64,000 nt of DNA, taken from the human T2T-CHM13v2.0 reference genome, Homo sapiens. Each line of letters starts with the position of its first letter. Position 1 is the first letter of the stretch. Below the pieces are notes generated by a model, which worked only from the letters and a program-made list of their open reading frames with translations, was not told where the DNA came from and searched no databases. Positions 24,349-38,539 of the stretch are shown in pieces. Location: assembly GCF_009914755.1 (NCBI RefSeq), contig NC_060932.1. One strand, given 5' to 3'. The translations under genes and the position numbers were made by a program.

Positions 24349-25122
24349 ACGTGGCTGAGTCTGCCAAGTGGAACTGTGCCCTATGTGTGGGGACTGGCTG
24401 CCCCCTAGAGCCTGCCAGGAGCAGAAGCCTGGAGGGGTGGCAGGGCAGAGCAGCCCAGGCTCAGCATGGAGCCCACTTACCGTGTGGCCAGCCGCGAGAC
24501 CCATGGCCACGCACCTTCTCTCAGGCCTTCGGGCCCCCTGGTTAAACTGCACCAAGGGTGTTTCCTGTTGGGGTGTGTCTCAGGCAGGCAGCTGCGTCTT
24601 GTTGGTGATAACCTCTGCTGGGAGGTTACTTTGTTGCCTAGAAAGTTCTGGAATCCACAACCAGGGGCTGGCACTGGAGCCAGCAGCTTGGCCGAGTCAC
24701 AGGTGACCCGTGGCCCTCACGTCTCTGGTTTTACCTTTCCTTACTTCATTCATTCACTCACCCAGTCCTTACGAATCACCGAGGAACACTGGGCTGAGCA
24801 CATGACAGGGAGCCTGGAGCCCCGGGGCCTCCAGCGAGGCCTGAGAAGGGTGGTTCGGGTAACCACTGTGGGCTCTCTCCCATCACAGAAGGTGGACAGG
24901 GCCTACCCAGGTGGAGGGGACCACCCTGCGATCAGGTGTTTGCGACAGGGGTTGGGCCAGCTGAGGCAAGCTGTCTTTTTTCCCTTTTCTTTTTAATAGA
25001 TGCAACATTTTTATAATAATCCTAGAGACCTTTTTTCTACCAAAGATCACAGACCAGAAAAAGTTCCATCTAAAATATCATGCCCAGGAAAGCACATGGG
25101 ATCAAAAGTAAAATAGCATCAT

Positions 25123-25227
25123 GTGTGATCTCGTCTTCCAGCGTGCCGCTCAGTTCCCCGAATCCGTGTGCACACGTGTGATCTCGTCTTCAGTGTGCCG
25201 CTCAGTTCCCTGAATCCGTGTGCACAC
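25123..25227. repeat. 53-bp tandem duplication in the DENND3 3'UTR
   Basis: gtgtgatctcgtcttc...gaatccgtgtgcacac at 25123-25175 and 25176-25227. Confidence 0.9.
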
Positions 25228-25897
25228 TGCGTATGTGTACGCGCAGCATGCTATACTGAACTCAACAAGATCTTGGCTGTACATAAATATTTGTAAAAGA
25301 GACCCTTTGCACCTTTTTACTGTCATGTTGAGACTTCATTACTTAAATGTTCTACGGAAGGTTCTGGTGTGGTTGTTGGAGCCGGAGGGAGCGTGTCAGC
25401 ATGTGCTGAGGGCATGGGGCCTGCCCCCTGGGCACCCATCCACAAGCTGGGCCACGGAGCTCCAGCTTCTCAGGACAAAGCCCCGGGGCTGGCGCATCCT
25501 GAGGGTCTCTGGGGGTGTTTGCCAGGCTCCTGGGATGGGCCGCTTTCAGAAGCCCTGCAGTGCCTCCAGATGGAAAGGCGGGCCCGGCCTCCGGTTGGGT
25601 CTGCATTTTGGAGAGTCCACACCACGGACCAGGTTTTCCCCCAAGGCTTGGCTTTGTGTAGCTACTAACTTCTTGGGGCATTCTGAGAGTGTGGGCAGAG
25701 AGAATTATGTGGCCTCATCCTCCCCCAAGGCTGTGCTTGCAGCCCGGGCACCTTCCCACTTTCTAGCTCTGGAGAGGTTGGATTTTGCTTTTGTAAACAC
25801 ATGAATCCTTATGATAAAAGTCTGTCAGTCAAAAATACATTTATAAATTATTTAATGCCAGTCCTCATGTAACCTCAGGTATCTTCAGCTTGTGGAG

Positions 25898-25917
25898 AAT
25901 AAATCTGGTTTAATAAA
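25898..25917 (+). terminator. DENND3: DENND3 polyadenylation signals (AATAAA x2)
   Basis: AATAAA at 25898-25903 and 25912-25917 with an AU-rich upstream region. Confidence 0.8.
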
Positions 25918-27273
25918 CAGTGATGTCCGGCTCCTTACTTCATCCAACAGTGACGGGGGGAAGGTCTTGAAAATGACCCAGGACCATTCTGAACGTGCTC
26001 CTTCCTCACTCTAGGCACCGGTCACGTTACCTTAATGCAGACTCTTCATGTCTTTTCTCCATGGTGATAATTTCAAGATCTTACTTGACAGTGATTGATT
26101 GATTGCGTTTTAGGAAATGGTCACTCATATAAAAGAGAAAACAGGTGAACAGAGGTGCTAACCAGGGAGTAAATGTGCTGGGCAGGCCTGGGTTCCATGT
26201 TTATTCTGTGTTATGCAAACAGAATCCTGGCCAGTGGAGTTTATTGAAATGGAAAGGGCACTTTGATGCCTTCGATTTTTTCCCCTGTGCTTTGGAGAGA
26301 TTCCATTAGGAATGATTTGTCATGGAAAGGCCCCAAATGAGCTGGAATTCATTCAACAGACTGTGATGCCATCCCTGCCTCGGCTTTAGAAACCTGAATT
26401 AAATTGGTGCAAAAAAGTATTTCTCTTGAACCAGAAACCGGTATATTTTAAGAGAATTTCAGTTCTCCTGCAGTATTTCAAACAACAGAAAAGCAAGCTT
26501 GCTTTAGGGAGCTGGCACTGTTCACAACGCCAACCAAAAGCTTACCCCCAAGTCCCCATCACTGATGCAGAGGTTGTGAAGACAATCGCCTGGTAACATT
26601 TCTATGATTTGTTCTTGGAAGATGTGTCTACCTCAGCTGTTTTCAAAGGACAGCCCTTAGCACTGGATGTGACTGTAACATCTGAATTAACAGTGCATGA
26701 ATTTTGTCTGCTGCTTGAGGATTCCTTGCACAGATGAAGGGGTGCTTTCTCCGCATGCCTGAGGAGGGCATGGTTGGAGAGTGTGGCAGGGTTGCCTCAC
26801 TGTCTCTGCTGCCCGCAGCTGTTTGCATGTCTTGGAGCAATACTGTGCCATCCCCCAGAAGGTGAGGCAGAGGCTCACAGACACAGAGCTGGTTTCTGTC
26901 ACCCGCGTTGCTGCTGCTGAGCTGCAGTGTGAGCCGAGGCGTGCACAGGACTCGGGGGAGCTCTGCAGTTACCTGCCCTGGAATCTTGGCGGATTCTGAG
27001 AGACACAGCCTGGGGTCACGGGCACGGCAGACGCACTGGGGCCGGACGGGAGCCTGATCCAGGCCTAGCTGCACATCTGGCCACAAGCCCTGAACCCCCC
27101 GTAAAACGGGGGTGGCTCCTTCTTGCAGGGCCCACGTGGAGACCGACAGGGGCACACTGAACACCCAGTCTGTTGCTGGGCTCCCAGGAACACCTCAAAG
27201 AATGCTCCATCCTGGCCTGTGTGCTGGGCCCGTGAGAACATTAAGGAAGGAGAAATGAGAATGTGATGGCTCC

Positions 27274-27716
27274 CGTTGCGGGTTGAATGGCGCCCTCAAA
27301 AACGTATGTCCATGTCCTAACCGCCGGGACCTGTGAATCTGACCTATTTAGATAAAGGGTCTTTGTAGATGTCATTAAGGATCTGAAGATGAGCCCCTCC
27401 TGGATTCTGGGTGGGCCCTAAATCCAATGACAAATGTCCTGAGGAGGAGAGGAAAAGATACATGGGGACAGGCCACGTGAAGACAGAGGCAGAGGCAGGA
27501 GCGACGCAGCCACAAGCCCAGGATCCTGGAGCCACAGGGAGCTGGAAGAGGCCAGGACGCTTCTTACCCCGGAGCCCTCAGAGGGGGTGTGGCCCTGCCG
27601 GCACCTGGATCTCAGACTTCTGGCCTCCAGAACGGTGAGAAAATAAATGTCGGGTGCATGACCCCCCACCGCCACATCTGGTTTGTGGTGTTTGTTCTGG
27701 CAGCCACAGGAAACTC
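27274..27716 (+). mobile_element. MLT1B/C-like solo LTR
   Basis: gggttgaatgg...ggtgggccctaaatccaatgac...ctcagacttctggcctccagaac...gcagccacaggaaact. Confidence 0.82.
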
Positions 27717-28597
27717 TTCCAGCTCCTGTTTGTTGCCTGTGTGTTGCCCGTGTGCTCCGGTCAGGTGCTGTGCCAGGCGCTTTAGGGGCACTGTTGTGTA
27801 TGATCCTCAGGACCCCGTGGCATGGAAAGGATCATCCCCATTTTACACCCAGGATACTTTGGCCCCAGTACTAAGAGCAAAGTGGAGGTTGCGGGCATAC
27901 CTCACTGCCAAGGAGGCAGGGCTGGGCTTGGAGACGCCCTCAGAAGCTGCTTTTGCCCTGACGTGCCGCCTTTCTTTCCGCTAGTGCTCTCACCGTTAAC
28001 AAGGCACTGGGAGCGGGGCTGAAGCTGGCGGTCCTGAGATGTGTCAGCAGCAGCTCCCGGCCCATTCAGGGAGGATCCTGGGATGAGGGAGAGGGTAAAC
28101 TCACCTTCACTTTGGTGGTGGAGGAGAGTAAGTCTCACTAGCTCTGCATCTTTCCCTGAGGGTCAAGGGAGCATATTCTGCAGCTCTAGGTGCTGGGCCA
28201 GCAAACCACTGCTGCCGTTCTGCTGGGTCTAATGGTGGTCATCCAGGGCTAGGGGCTGAGGCCACGTGTGCAGAGGTTGACAGCAGGCTCAAAGGAGATG
28301 GAGTAGGACAATGGTGCAGTTAGTGGAGTCCAAGCATCACTGACACCCCCACAGGGATGGCTACAAAATGAAATATTAAAAAAGATTCACCAAAAAGACA
28401 GGAAAGCAGTGATAGATGAATAAAAAGCCAGATGTGACAGGTAGAAAATAAGTAGCAAGATGGTAGACTTCAACCTCACCATACTGATAATTATGTTCAG
28501 TGTAAATGGATGCAACACTCCGACTAAAAGGCAGAGGTTGTCAAACTAGGTCTAAAAGGAAACCCAACTATAAGTTGTCTACAAGTGACTCACTTTA

Positions 28598-28942
<345 letters not shown>

Positions 28943-29494
28943 AGTTTTACTATGCCAACAGTAAGTATTAAAAAGCTGGTATGGTTATATTGCTATCAGA
29001 CAAAACATACTTCATGGTATACTACAAGAACCAAACAGAAAAAGCATAATAATAAGGTCAATTCATCAAGAAGATGAATTAACTAATAATAGAGATTTAA
29101 GAGAGATGAAGCAAGCACGGTAGAACTATAGGAGAAAACAGACAAAATCCACAATCATAGAGATTTTAACACTCTTCTCTCAGAAAATGATAGAAAAAGT
29201 AAACAAAAATTAGCAAGGATATAGATTTAACAACACTGTCAACCAGCCTGACCTGACATAGAACACTACAGCCAACAACAGCAGAATATCCATTCTTGTC
29301 ACGTGCACATGGAATGTTCATCAAGCTGGATCACATGCTGGGCTATAAAATAAATTTCAAGATTTAAATATTACAGACTGTGTTCTCTGACCACACAGAC
29401 ATGGAATGGCATATCAACAGTGGTAATACGCCTAACAATCTCAAAATTATGTTGGGAAATTAAACAACATACTTCAAAATAACCCAATCAGTCA

Positions 29495-29690
<196 letters not shown>

Positions 29691-30392
29691 TTTAAAGAAA
29701 ATTAAAAACCAAAATGTATGAGATGTAGCTAAGAACAATTATAACTTTAAATGCCTCTATTAGCAGAAAGGTTTCAAATCAGCTATCTAAATTTTAATCA
29801 TAAGAACATAGAAAAATAAAAGCATGTTTAAATAAAATAAGTAAAGGAAGGTAATAATAAAGACCAAAACTCAATGAAAGGGAAAACAATCAGCAAAGCC
29901 AAAAGTTCGTTCTCTAATTGATAACCCCTATCAAGACTGATCAAGAAAAACACACACATGCACGAATTTCATTCCAGTATCAGGAATGAAGTGAGATACA
30001 AATCTTACATACATCACAAGGATATTATGAATAACTAGTTTAAAATATGCAAATTTCTTAAAGATAACTTTATGAAACCAACACAAGGAGGAGTAAAATC
30101 TGAGGAGTCTTAAGTCTATACAGGAAATTGGTTTGTAGTCAAAAATCTCCCAGAAAGAAGAAATCTCCCAGAAAGACGAGATCTCTAGACTCAATTGCTT
30201 TCACTAGTTAATTCTAACAAACTCTTAAGTATGGCATAATAGAATTTACAGAAACCCTTTCAGAAGAATAGAAGAGGAGAGAACCCTTCCAAACTCATTT
30301 TAGGAGACCAGCATGAACCTATAGTTGACAAAGATCTTACAGGAAAATAAAATTATGGATCAATCTCCATCAGAAACATAGATGCAAAATTC

Positions 30393-30892
30393 CTGGGGTA
30401 TCTACCAAGAGGAAAATCAGTCATGATATGAAAAAGTCACTTGCACATGCATATTTATAGCAGCACAATTCGCAATTGCAAAAATATGGAACTAGCCCAA
30501 ATGCCCACCAATCAGCAAGTGGATAAAGAAAATGTGGTGTATTTACATCGTGGAATACTACTCAGCCATAAAAAAGGAATGAAATAATGGTATCCACAGC
30601 AACCTGGATGGAATTGGAGACCATTATTCTAAGTGATAGAGAACATCGTATGTTCTCACTGATATGGGGAGCTAAGCTACAAGGATGCAAAGGCATAAGA
30701 ATGATACAATGGACTTTGGGTACTCGGCGGGGAAGGGTGAGAGAGGGGCAAGGGATGAAAGATTACACATTGGGTACAGTCTACACTGCTCGGGTGAAGG
30801 TACACAAAATCTCAAATCACCGCCAAGGAACTTACCCATGTAACCAAACACCACCTATTCCTTAAAAACCTAAATTAAACAACAACAACAAA
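30393..30892 (+). mobile_element. 3' end of a younger L1 (L1PB-like) nested in the old L1
   Basis: L1 3' end motifs (ggaatactactcagccataaaaaag...gtaaccaaacaccacct). Degenerate TSD cat/cacagatgcaa(a/c)attc at 30377-30392 and 31215-31230. Confidence 0.8.
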
Positions 30893-30894
30893 AG

Positions 30895-31333
<439 letters not shown>

Positions 31334-31543
31334 TCAATCAATGTAACTTAATACATCAGTAGAACAATGGAGAAAAGCCATAACGATCATCTCAATAGAT
31401 GCAGAAAAAGGGAACTTCCTCAAATTGATAAAGAGCATTTGCAAGAAACCCACAGCAAGCATCATACTTAACGGTGAAAGACTAATTGCTTTTCCCCCAA
31501 GAATGGGAACAAGGCAGGGATATTCACTTTCCCCCTTCCTGTT

Positions 31544-33329
31544 TTTTTTTTTTTTTTGGATTGCCAAATCCTTATTTATTTCCACCGTAGTGTGTAAGTA
31601 TCTGTTTCTTTAAACTTTCTCCAACATTGTTATCAAAGTTTTAGTTTTTGTTAATCTTTATTTATTTATTTATTTATTTTTTTTATTGATCATTCTTGGG
31701 TGTTTCTCGCAGAGGGGGATTTGGCAGGGTCATAGGACAATAGTGGAGGGAAGGTCAGCAGATAAACAAGTGAACAAAGGTCTCTGGTTTTCCTAGGCAG
31801 AGGACCCTGCGGCCTTCCGCAGTGTTTGTGTCCCTGGGTACTTGAGATTAGGGAGTGGTGATGACTCTTAACGAGCATGCTGCCTTCAAGCATCTGTTTA
31901 ACAAAGCACATCTTGCACCGCCCTTAATCCATTTAACCCTGAGTGGACACAGCACATGTTTCAGAGAGCACAGGGTTGGGGGTAAGGTCATAGATCAACA
32001 GGATCCCAAGGCAGAAGAATTTTTCTTAGTACAGAACAAAGTGAAAAGTCTCCCATGTCTACTTCTTTCTACACAGACACGGCAACCATCCGATTTCTCA
32101 ATCTTTTCCCCACCTTTCCCCCTTTTCTATTCCACAAAACCGCCATTGTCATCATGGCCCGTTCTCAATGAGCTGTTGGGTACACCTCCCAGACGGGGTG
32201 GTGGCCGGGCAGAGGGGCTCCTCACTTCCCAGCAGGGGCGGCCGGGCAGAGGCGCCCCTCACCTCCCGGACGGGGCAGCTGGCCGGGCGGGGGCTGACCC
32301 CCCACCTCCCTCGCGGACGGGGCGGCTGGCCCGGCGGGGGCTGACCCCCACCTCCCTCCCGGACGGGGCGGCTGGCCGGGCGGGGGCTGACCCCCCACTT
32401 CCCTCCCGGACGGGGCGGCTGGCCTGGCGGGGGCTGACCCCCCACTCCCTCCCGGGTGGGGCAGCTGGCCGGGCGGGGGCTGACCCCCACCTCCTTCCCG
32501 GACGGGGTGGCTGCCGGGCGGAGGGTCTCCTCACTTCTCAGACGGGGTGGCTGGGCAGAGACGCTCCTCACCTCCCAGACGGGGTCGTGGCCGGGCAGAG
32601 GCGCTCCTCACATCCCAGAAGGGGTGGCGGGGCAGAGGCGCTCCCCACATCTCAGACGATGGGCGGCCGGGCAGAGACGCTCCCCACTTCCTAGATGGGA
32701 TGGCGGCCGGGCAGAGACGCTCCTCACTTTCCAGACTGGGCAGCCAGGCAGAGGGGCTCCTCACATCCCAGACGATGGGCAGCCAGGCAGAGACGCTCCT
32801 CACTTCCCAGATGGGGTGGTGGCTGGGCAGAGGCTGCAATCTCGGCACTTTGGGAGGCCAAGGCAGGCGGCTGGGAGGTGGAGGTTGCAGCGAGCCGAGA
32901 TCACGCCACTGCACTCCAGCCTGGGCACCATTGAGCACTGAGTGAACCAGACTCCATCTGCAATCCCGGCACCTCGGGAGGCCGAGGCTGGCGGATCACT
33001 CGCGGTCAGGAGCTGGAGACCAGCCCGGCCAACACAGCGAAACCCCGTCTCCACCAAAAAAATACGAAAACCAGTCAGGCGTGGCGGCACGCGCCTGCAA
33101 TCGCAGGCACTCGGCAGGCTGAGGCAGGAGAATCAGGCAGGGAGGTTACAGTGAGCCGAGATGGCAGCAGTACAGTCCAGCCTCGGCTCGGCATCAGAGG
33201 GAGACCGTGGAAAGAGAGGGAGAGGGAGACCGTGGAGAGAGGGAGAGGGAGAGGGAGACCGTGGAGAGAGAGAGGGAGAGGGAGACCGTGGAGAGAGGGA
33301 GAGGGAGAGGGAGACCGTGGAGAGAGAGA

Positions 33330-33382
<53 letters not shown>

Positions 33383-33388
33383 ACCGTG

Positions 33389-33423
<35 letters not shown>

Positions 33424-33576
33424 AGGGAGAGAGGGAGAGAGGGAGAGAGAGAGAGAGAGACCGTGGAGAGAGAGAGAGAGAGAGAGGGAGGGAGAGGGAG
33501 AGGGAGACCGTGGAGAGAGAGAGAGAGAGAGAGACCGTGGAGAGAGAGAGAGAGGAGGGAGAGGGAGAGAGGGAGA

Positions 33577-33619
<43 letters not shown>

Positions 33620-33630
33620 TGGAGAGAGAG

Positions 33631-33667
<37 letters not shown>

Positions 33668-33799
33668 GGAGAGAGGGAGAGAGGGAGAGAGGGAGAGAGA
33701 GAGAGAGAGAGACCGTGGAGAGAGAGAGAGAGAGAGAGGAGAGAGAGGAGAGAGGGAGAGAGGGAGAGAGGAGAGAGGGAGAGAGAGAGAGAGAGACCG

Positions 33800-33838
<39 letters not shown>

Positions 33839-33912
33839 GGAGAGAGGGAGAGAGGAGAGAGAGAGGGAGAGGGAGAGAGGGAGAGAGGGAGAGAGGGAGA
33901 GAGGGAGAGAGG

Positions 33913-33943
<31 letters not shown>

Positions 33944-34896
33944 AGGGAGAGGGAGAGGGAGAGAGGGAGAGAGGGAGAGAGGGAGAGAGGGAGAGAGAGG
34001 AGAGAGAGAGGAGAGGGAGAGGGAGAGGGAGAGGGAGAGGAGAGAGGGAGAGAGGGAGAGAGGAGAGAGGGAGAGAGGGAGAGGGAGAGGGAGAGGGAGA
34101 GAGGGAGAGAGGGAGAGAGGGAGAGAGAGAGAGGGAGAGAGGGAGAGAGGGAGAGGGAGAGGAGAGGGAGAGAGGGAGAGAGGAGAAGGGAGAGAGGGAG
34201 AGAGGGAGAGAGGAGAGAGGAGAGGAGAGGGAGAGGAGAGAGGGAGAGAGGGAGAGAGGGAGAAGAGAGAGGGAGAGAGAGAGAGGGAGAGGGAGAGAGG
34301 AGAGAGGGAGAGAGGGAGAGAGGGAGAGGAGAGAGAGAGAGGGAGAGGGAGAGGGAGAGAGGGGAGAGGGAGAGAGGAGAGGGGAGAGAGGAGAGAGGGA
34401 GAGGGAGAGAGGGAGAGAGGAGAGAGGGGAGAGGGAGAGAGGGAGAGAGGGAGAGGAGACCCGTTGGAGAGAGGAGAGACGGGAGAGAGGGAGAGGGAGA
34501 GGGAGAGAGGAAGAGAGAGGGAGAGAGGGAGAGAAGGGAGAGGGAGAGAGGGAGAGGGAGAGAGGGAGAGAGGGAGAGAGGGAGAGAGGGGAGAGGGAGA
34601 GGGAGGAGAGGGGAGAGAGGAAGAGGAGAGAGGGAGAGAGGGAGAGAGGGAGAGAGAGACCGTGGAGAGAGGGAGAGGGAGACCGTGGAGAGAGAGAGAG
34701 AGAGGGAGAGAGGGAGAGAGGGAGAGAGGGAGAGAGGGAGAGGGAGAGAGGGAGAGAGGGAGAGAGGGAGAGAGGGAGAGGAGAGAGGGAGAGAGGGAGA
34801 GAGGGAGAGAGGGAGAGAGGGGAGAGAGGGAGAGGGAGAGAGGGAGAGAGGAGAGAGGGAGAGAGGGAGAGAGGGAGAGAGGGAGAGGGAGAGGGG
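31544..34896 (-). mobile_element. Full-length SVA retrotransposon with 3' transduction (hexamer head 33196-34896, Alu-like ~32830-33195, VNTR ~32180-32830, SINE-R ~31685-32175)
   Basis: Canonical SVA domain order, SINE-R end ...attgatcattcttgggtgtttctcgcag, GC-rich VNTR, TSD CCCCCTTCCTGTT at 31531-31543 and 34897-34909. Subfamily not assigned. Confidence 0.96.
33196..34896. repeat. Expanded polypurine/polypyrimidine SVA head: mixed (GA)n, (GGGAGA)n, (GGGAGAGA)n and GAGACCGTG units
   Basis: About 1.7 kb read directly; 33801-34459 contains only G and A. Confidence 0.97.
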
Positions 34897-36049
34897 CCCC
34901 CTTCCTGTTAACATTGTACTAGAGATTCTAGCCAGGGCAATAGGGGGAGAAAAGGGGGGGGCATAAACATTGTACTGGTTCAGCAGAACATTGAGGGGAA
35001 AAAGATGATTGTACTGGAAGAGGCAAAACAATCTTTATTAGAAGACAGCAAGACCATTTATATAAATCCTAAAGAATCTATTTTAAAAACTAGAATATTT
35101 TTCTAGTTTTTTCTATAAGGTACTGGATACAAGGTCAATATACAATCATTGCATTACTATATTCTAACAGCAAACAACTTGTAAACTGTTAAAATACAGT
35201 AGCATAAAAAACATTCAATAGAAATAAATTTAATGAATGACGTAAAAGACTGAAAACTCAAAAACATTGCTGAGAGAAAATGTTAAAGACTGAAATAAAA
35301 GATATACCATTTTCATGGACTGGGAGATTAAATATTGTAAAGATGTTAGTTATCTCCAAATTGATCTGATAGATTCAATTTAATCCCAATCAAAATGCTA
35401 ACATAATTTTTAAAAAAGAAATTGAGAATTTGATTATAACATATATGGAAATGCAAAGTAGAATATTTAAGATAACCTTCAAAAAGAAGATCAAGCCAGG
35501 TGGGATGGCTCAAGCCAGAGGACTCATATACCTTTATGCTTTGCTAAAAAACTACAATAATTAAAACGGTAGGATTTGACATAAATATAGGTAATTAAAT
35601 CAATGGAACACAACGTAGGGTCTAGATGCGCAAGCATAAAGTCAGTTGACTGTAAAAAACAAAAATTCCAAGACAATTCGGTAATGAAAGTCTGTTCAGC
35701 AAATGGTGCTGCAATGACTGGATAAACGTATGGAAAAGGGAAGCAGCTCAACACTTACCTCACTACACATAACTTAACTCAAGGTGGCTCACCCACCTAA
35801 ATGTAAAGCTAGAAGCTCTAGAAACAAGCACATCTTTGCCACCTTGGTGCAAAGATTTTTCTAGAGAGAACACACAAAAAAGCTAAACACTAAAGAAAAA
35901 ATGGATAAATTGGACTTTATCAAAATATATCATTAAGGAAAAAAAAATATTTGCAATACTATATCTGACAAGAATTTTTATCCAAAATATATAGAGTTTT
36001 TACAAATCAGTAACAAGATGAACAGCTCAATTTAAAAATGGGCAAACAA

Positions 36050-36362
36050 GACCAGGCACAGTGGCTCATACCTGTAATCCCAGAACTTTGAGAGGCTGAG
36101 CGAGGCAGGAGGACTGCTTGAGCCCAGGAGTTTGAGACCAGCCTGGGCAACATAGGGAAACCCTATTTCTACCAAAAAAAAAAAAAAAAAAGAAACAAAG
36201 CAGGGCATGGTGGCGTGCACCTTCAGTCCCAGCTACTCAACTGGCTGAGGCGGGAAGATGGCCAGAGCCCAGGATGCTTCAGTGAGCCACGATCAACCTT
36301 GGGCACTCCAGCCTGGGCAACAGAGGGAGACCCTGTCTCAAAAGAAAATAAAGAAAAAAAAA
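36050..36362 (+). mobile_element. Alu (J-like)
   Basis: Dimeric Alu with a long middle A-tract. Confidence 0.88.
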
Positions 36363-36546
36363 ATTACACCCTGGAATGCTAACAGCTATTGCAGAATGCA
36401 GTAGGTCTACATGCAGGAACAAGGAAAGTTGAAAATATTTTGCTAAACAACAACAAAAAATGTAGGTTGCAAAACTCTGCATAGTGGTTCAAATTTCGTT
36501 TAAAAAAAATTAACATTAGTAGTGTGGAGACAAAGATGTGAAGACG

Positions 36547-37650
<1,104 letters not shown>

Positions 37651-38539
37651 CCGAAGGACAGCGACCATCCCTTTAGTCCCCACCACAGGGCCATCAGCCT
37701 GCGTTTTGCAGCAGGGCGCCCAGGTAACAGCGCCAGAGTGGCCCAGCTGGGACTTGTCCCCAGGTCCGGAGGTTCCTGGCTTCCGTGGGCCCCCAACTGC
37801 GCAGGTCCCATCCAGGAGCCCCGTGGTGACACCCCCCAACTATCAAAGTCCCTCGTCCCTTTCTCCCTCGTCTGAGCAGATCCCTTCTACTCCACACCCC
37901 GGCCCTGCTGGGACCCCTTCCACGCCCCACAAATCAGAAGAGCCACTGAAGAAAACTTGCTTCCGGATTCAAACCCCAGCAGCTGGGTAACCCGGGGCAA
38001 GTCCCCTCCCTTTCATTTCCTCCACTGCCAACTGCCAGTCACAGCCCTCAGTGGGGTGCCAGAGGACAGAGATGACTCACTCTGCCTGTAGGAAGGTCAA
38101 TGGAGCGCTCTTCCAGCCGCCCCAGGACCCCATATGTCCCCTGGGGCGCCAAAGCCAGGTGCACACACCGGGCCACCCCGTCCTCAGCCCAGCGTGGCCC
38201 CTCCTGCTGGCAGCAACAGCAAGCAGGCTGCCTCCTTAAGACACTGGCTCCAGGGACAGTCAGGGACCCTTCAGCAGAGGTAGACCGCGGGCCCCACCCC
38301 GGCTCCACCAGAACAGGCCTGCAGAAGGCCCAGGCCTCAACCCCACCTGAGTGGGCCTGTGTGTGGGTTCCAGGGACAGGCCCCAGATTTGCCAGCTGGC
38401 GGCCCTCTGGGAAGCAAATGCTCTGGTACTTGGGCCCAGCTCCCCTCCGCAGGCCTCAGACAGCCCACTAGACCCACCAGGCTCCAGGAAGGCAGAGGGC
38501 AGGAGGCCACAGGGAAGTGACAGACACACCCACATCATC

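Larger units (their letters stand above)
24349..25935 (+). other. DENND3: DENND3 3'UTR (end approximate)
   Basis: Runs from the stop codon to tandem AATAAA hexamers and contains a Pumilio-type element TGTACATA at 25278-25285. Confidence 0.8.

Noticed and set aside
31425-31613. ORF with an RT-like GTRQG motif
   Set aside because: Decayed L1 ORF2 fragment cut by the SVA insertion; not a functional reverse transcriptase.
31855-33154. Several 130-280 aa ORFs
   Set aside because: Standard stop-poor frames of the SVA SINE-R/VNTR/Alu-like domains.
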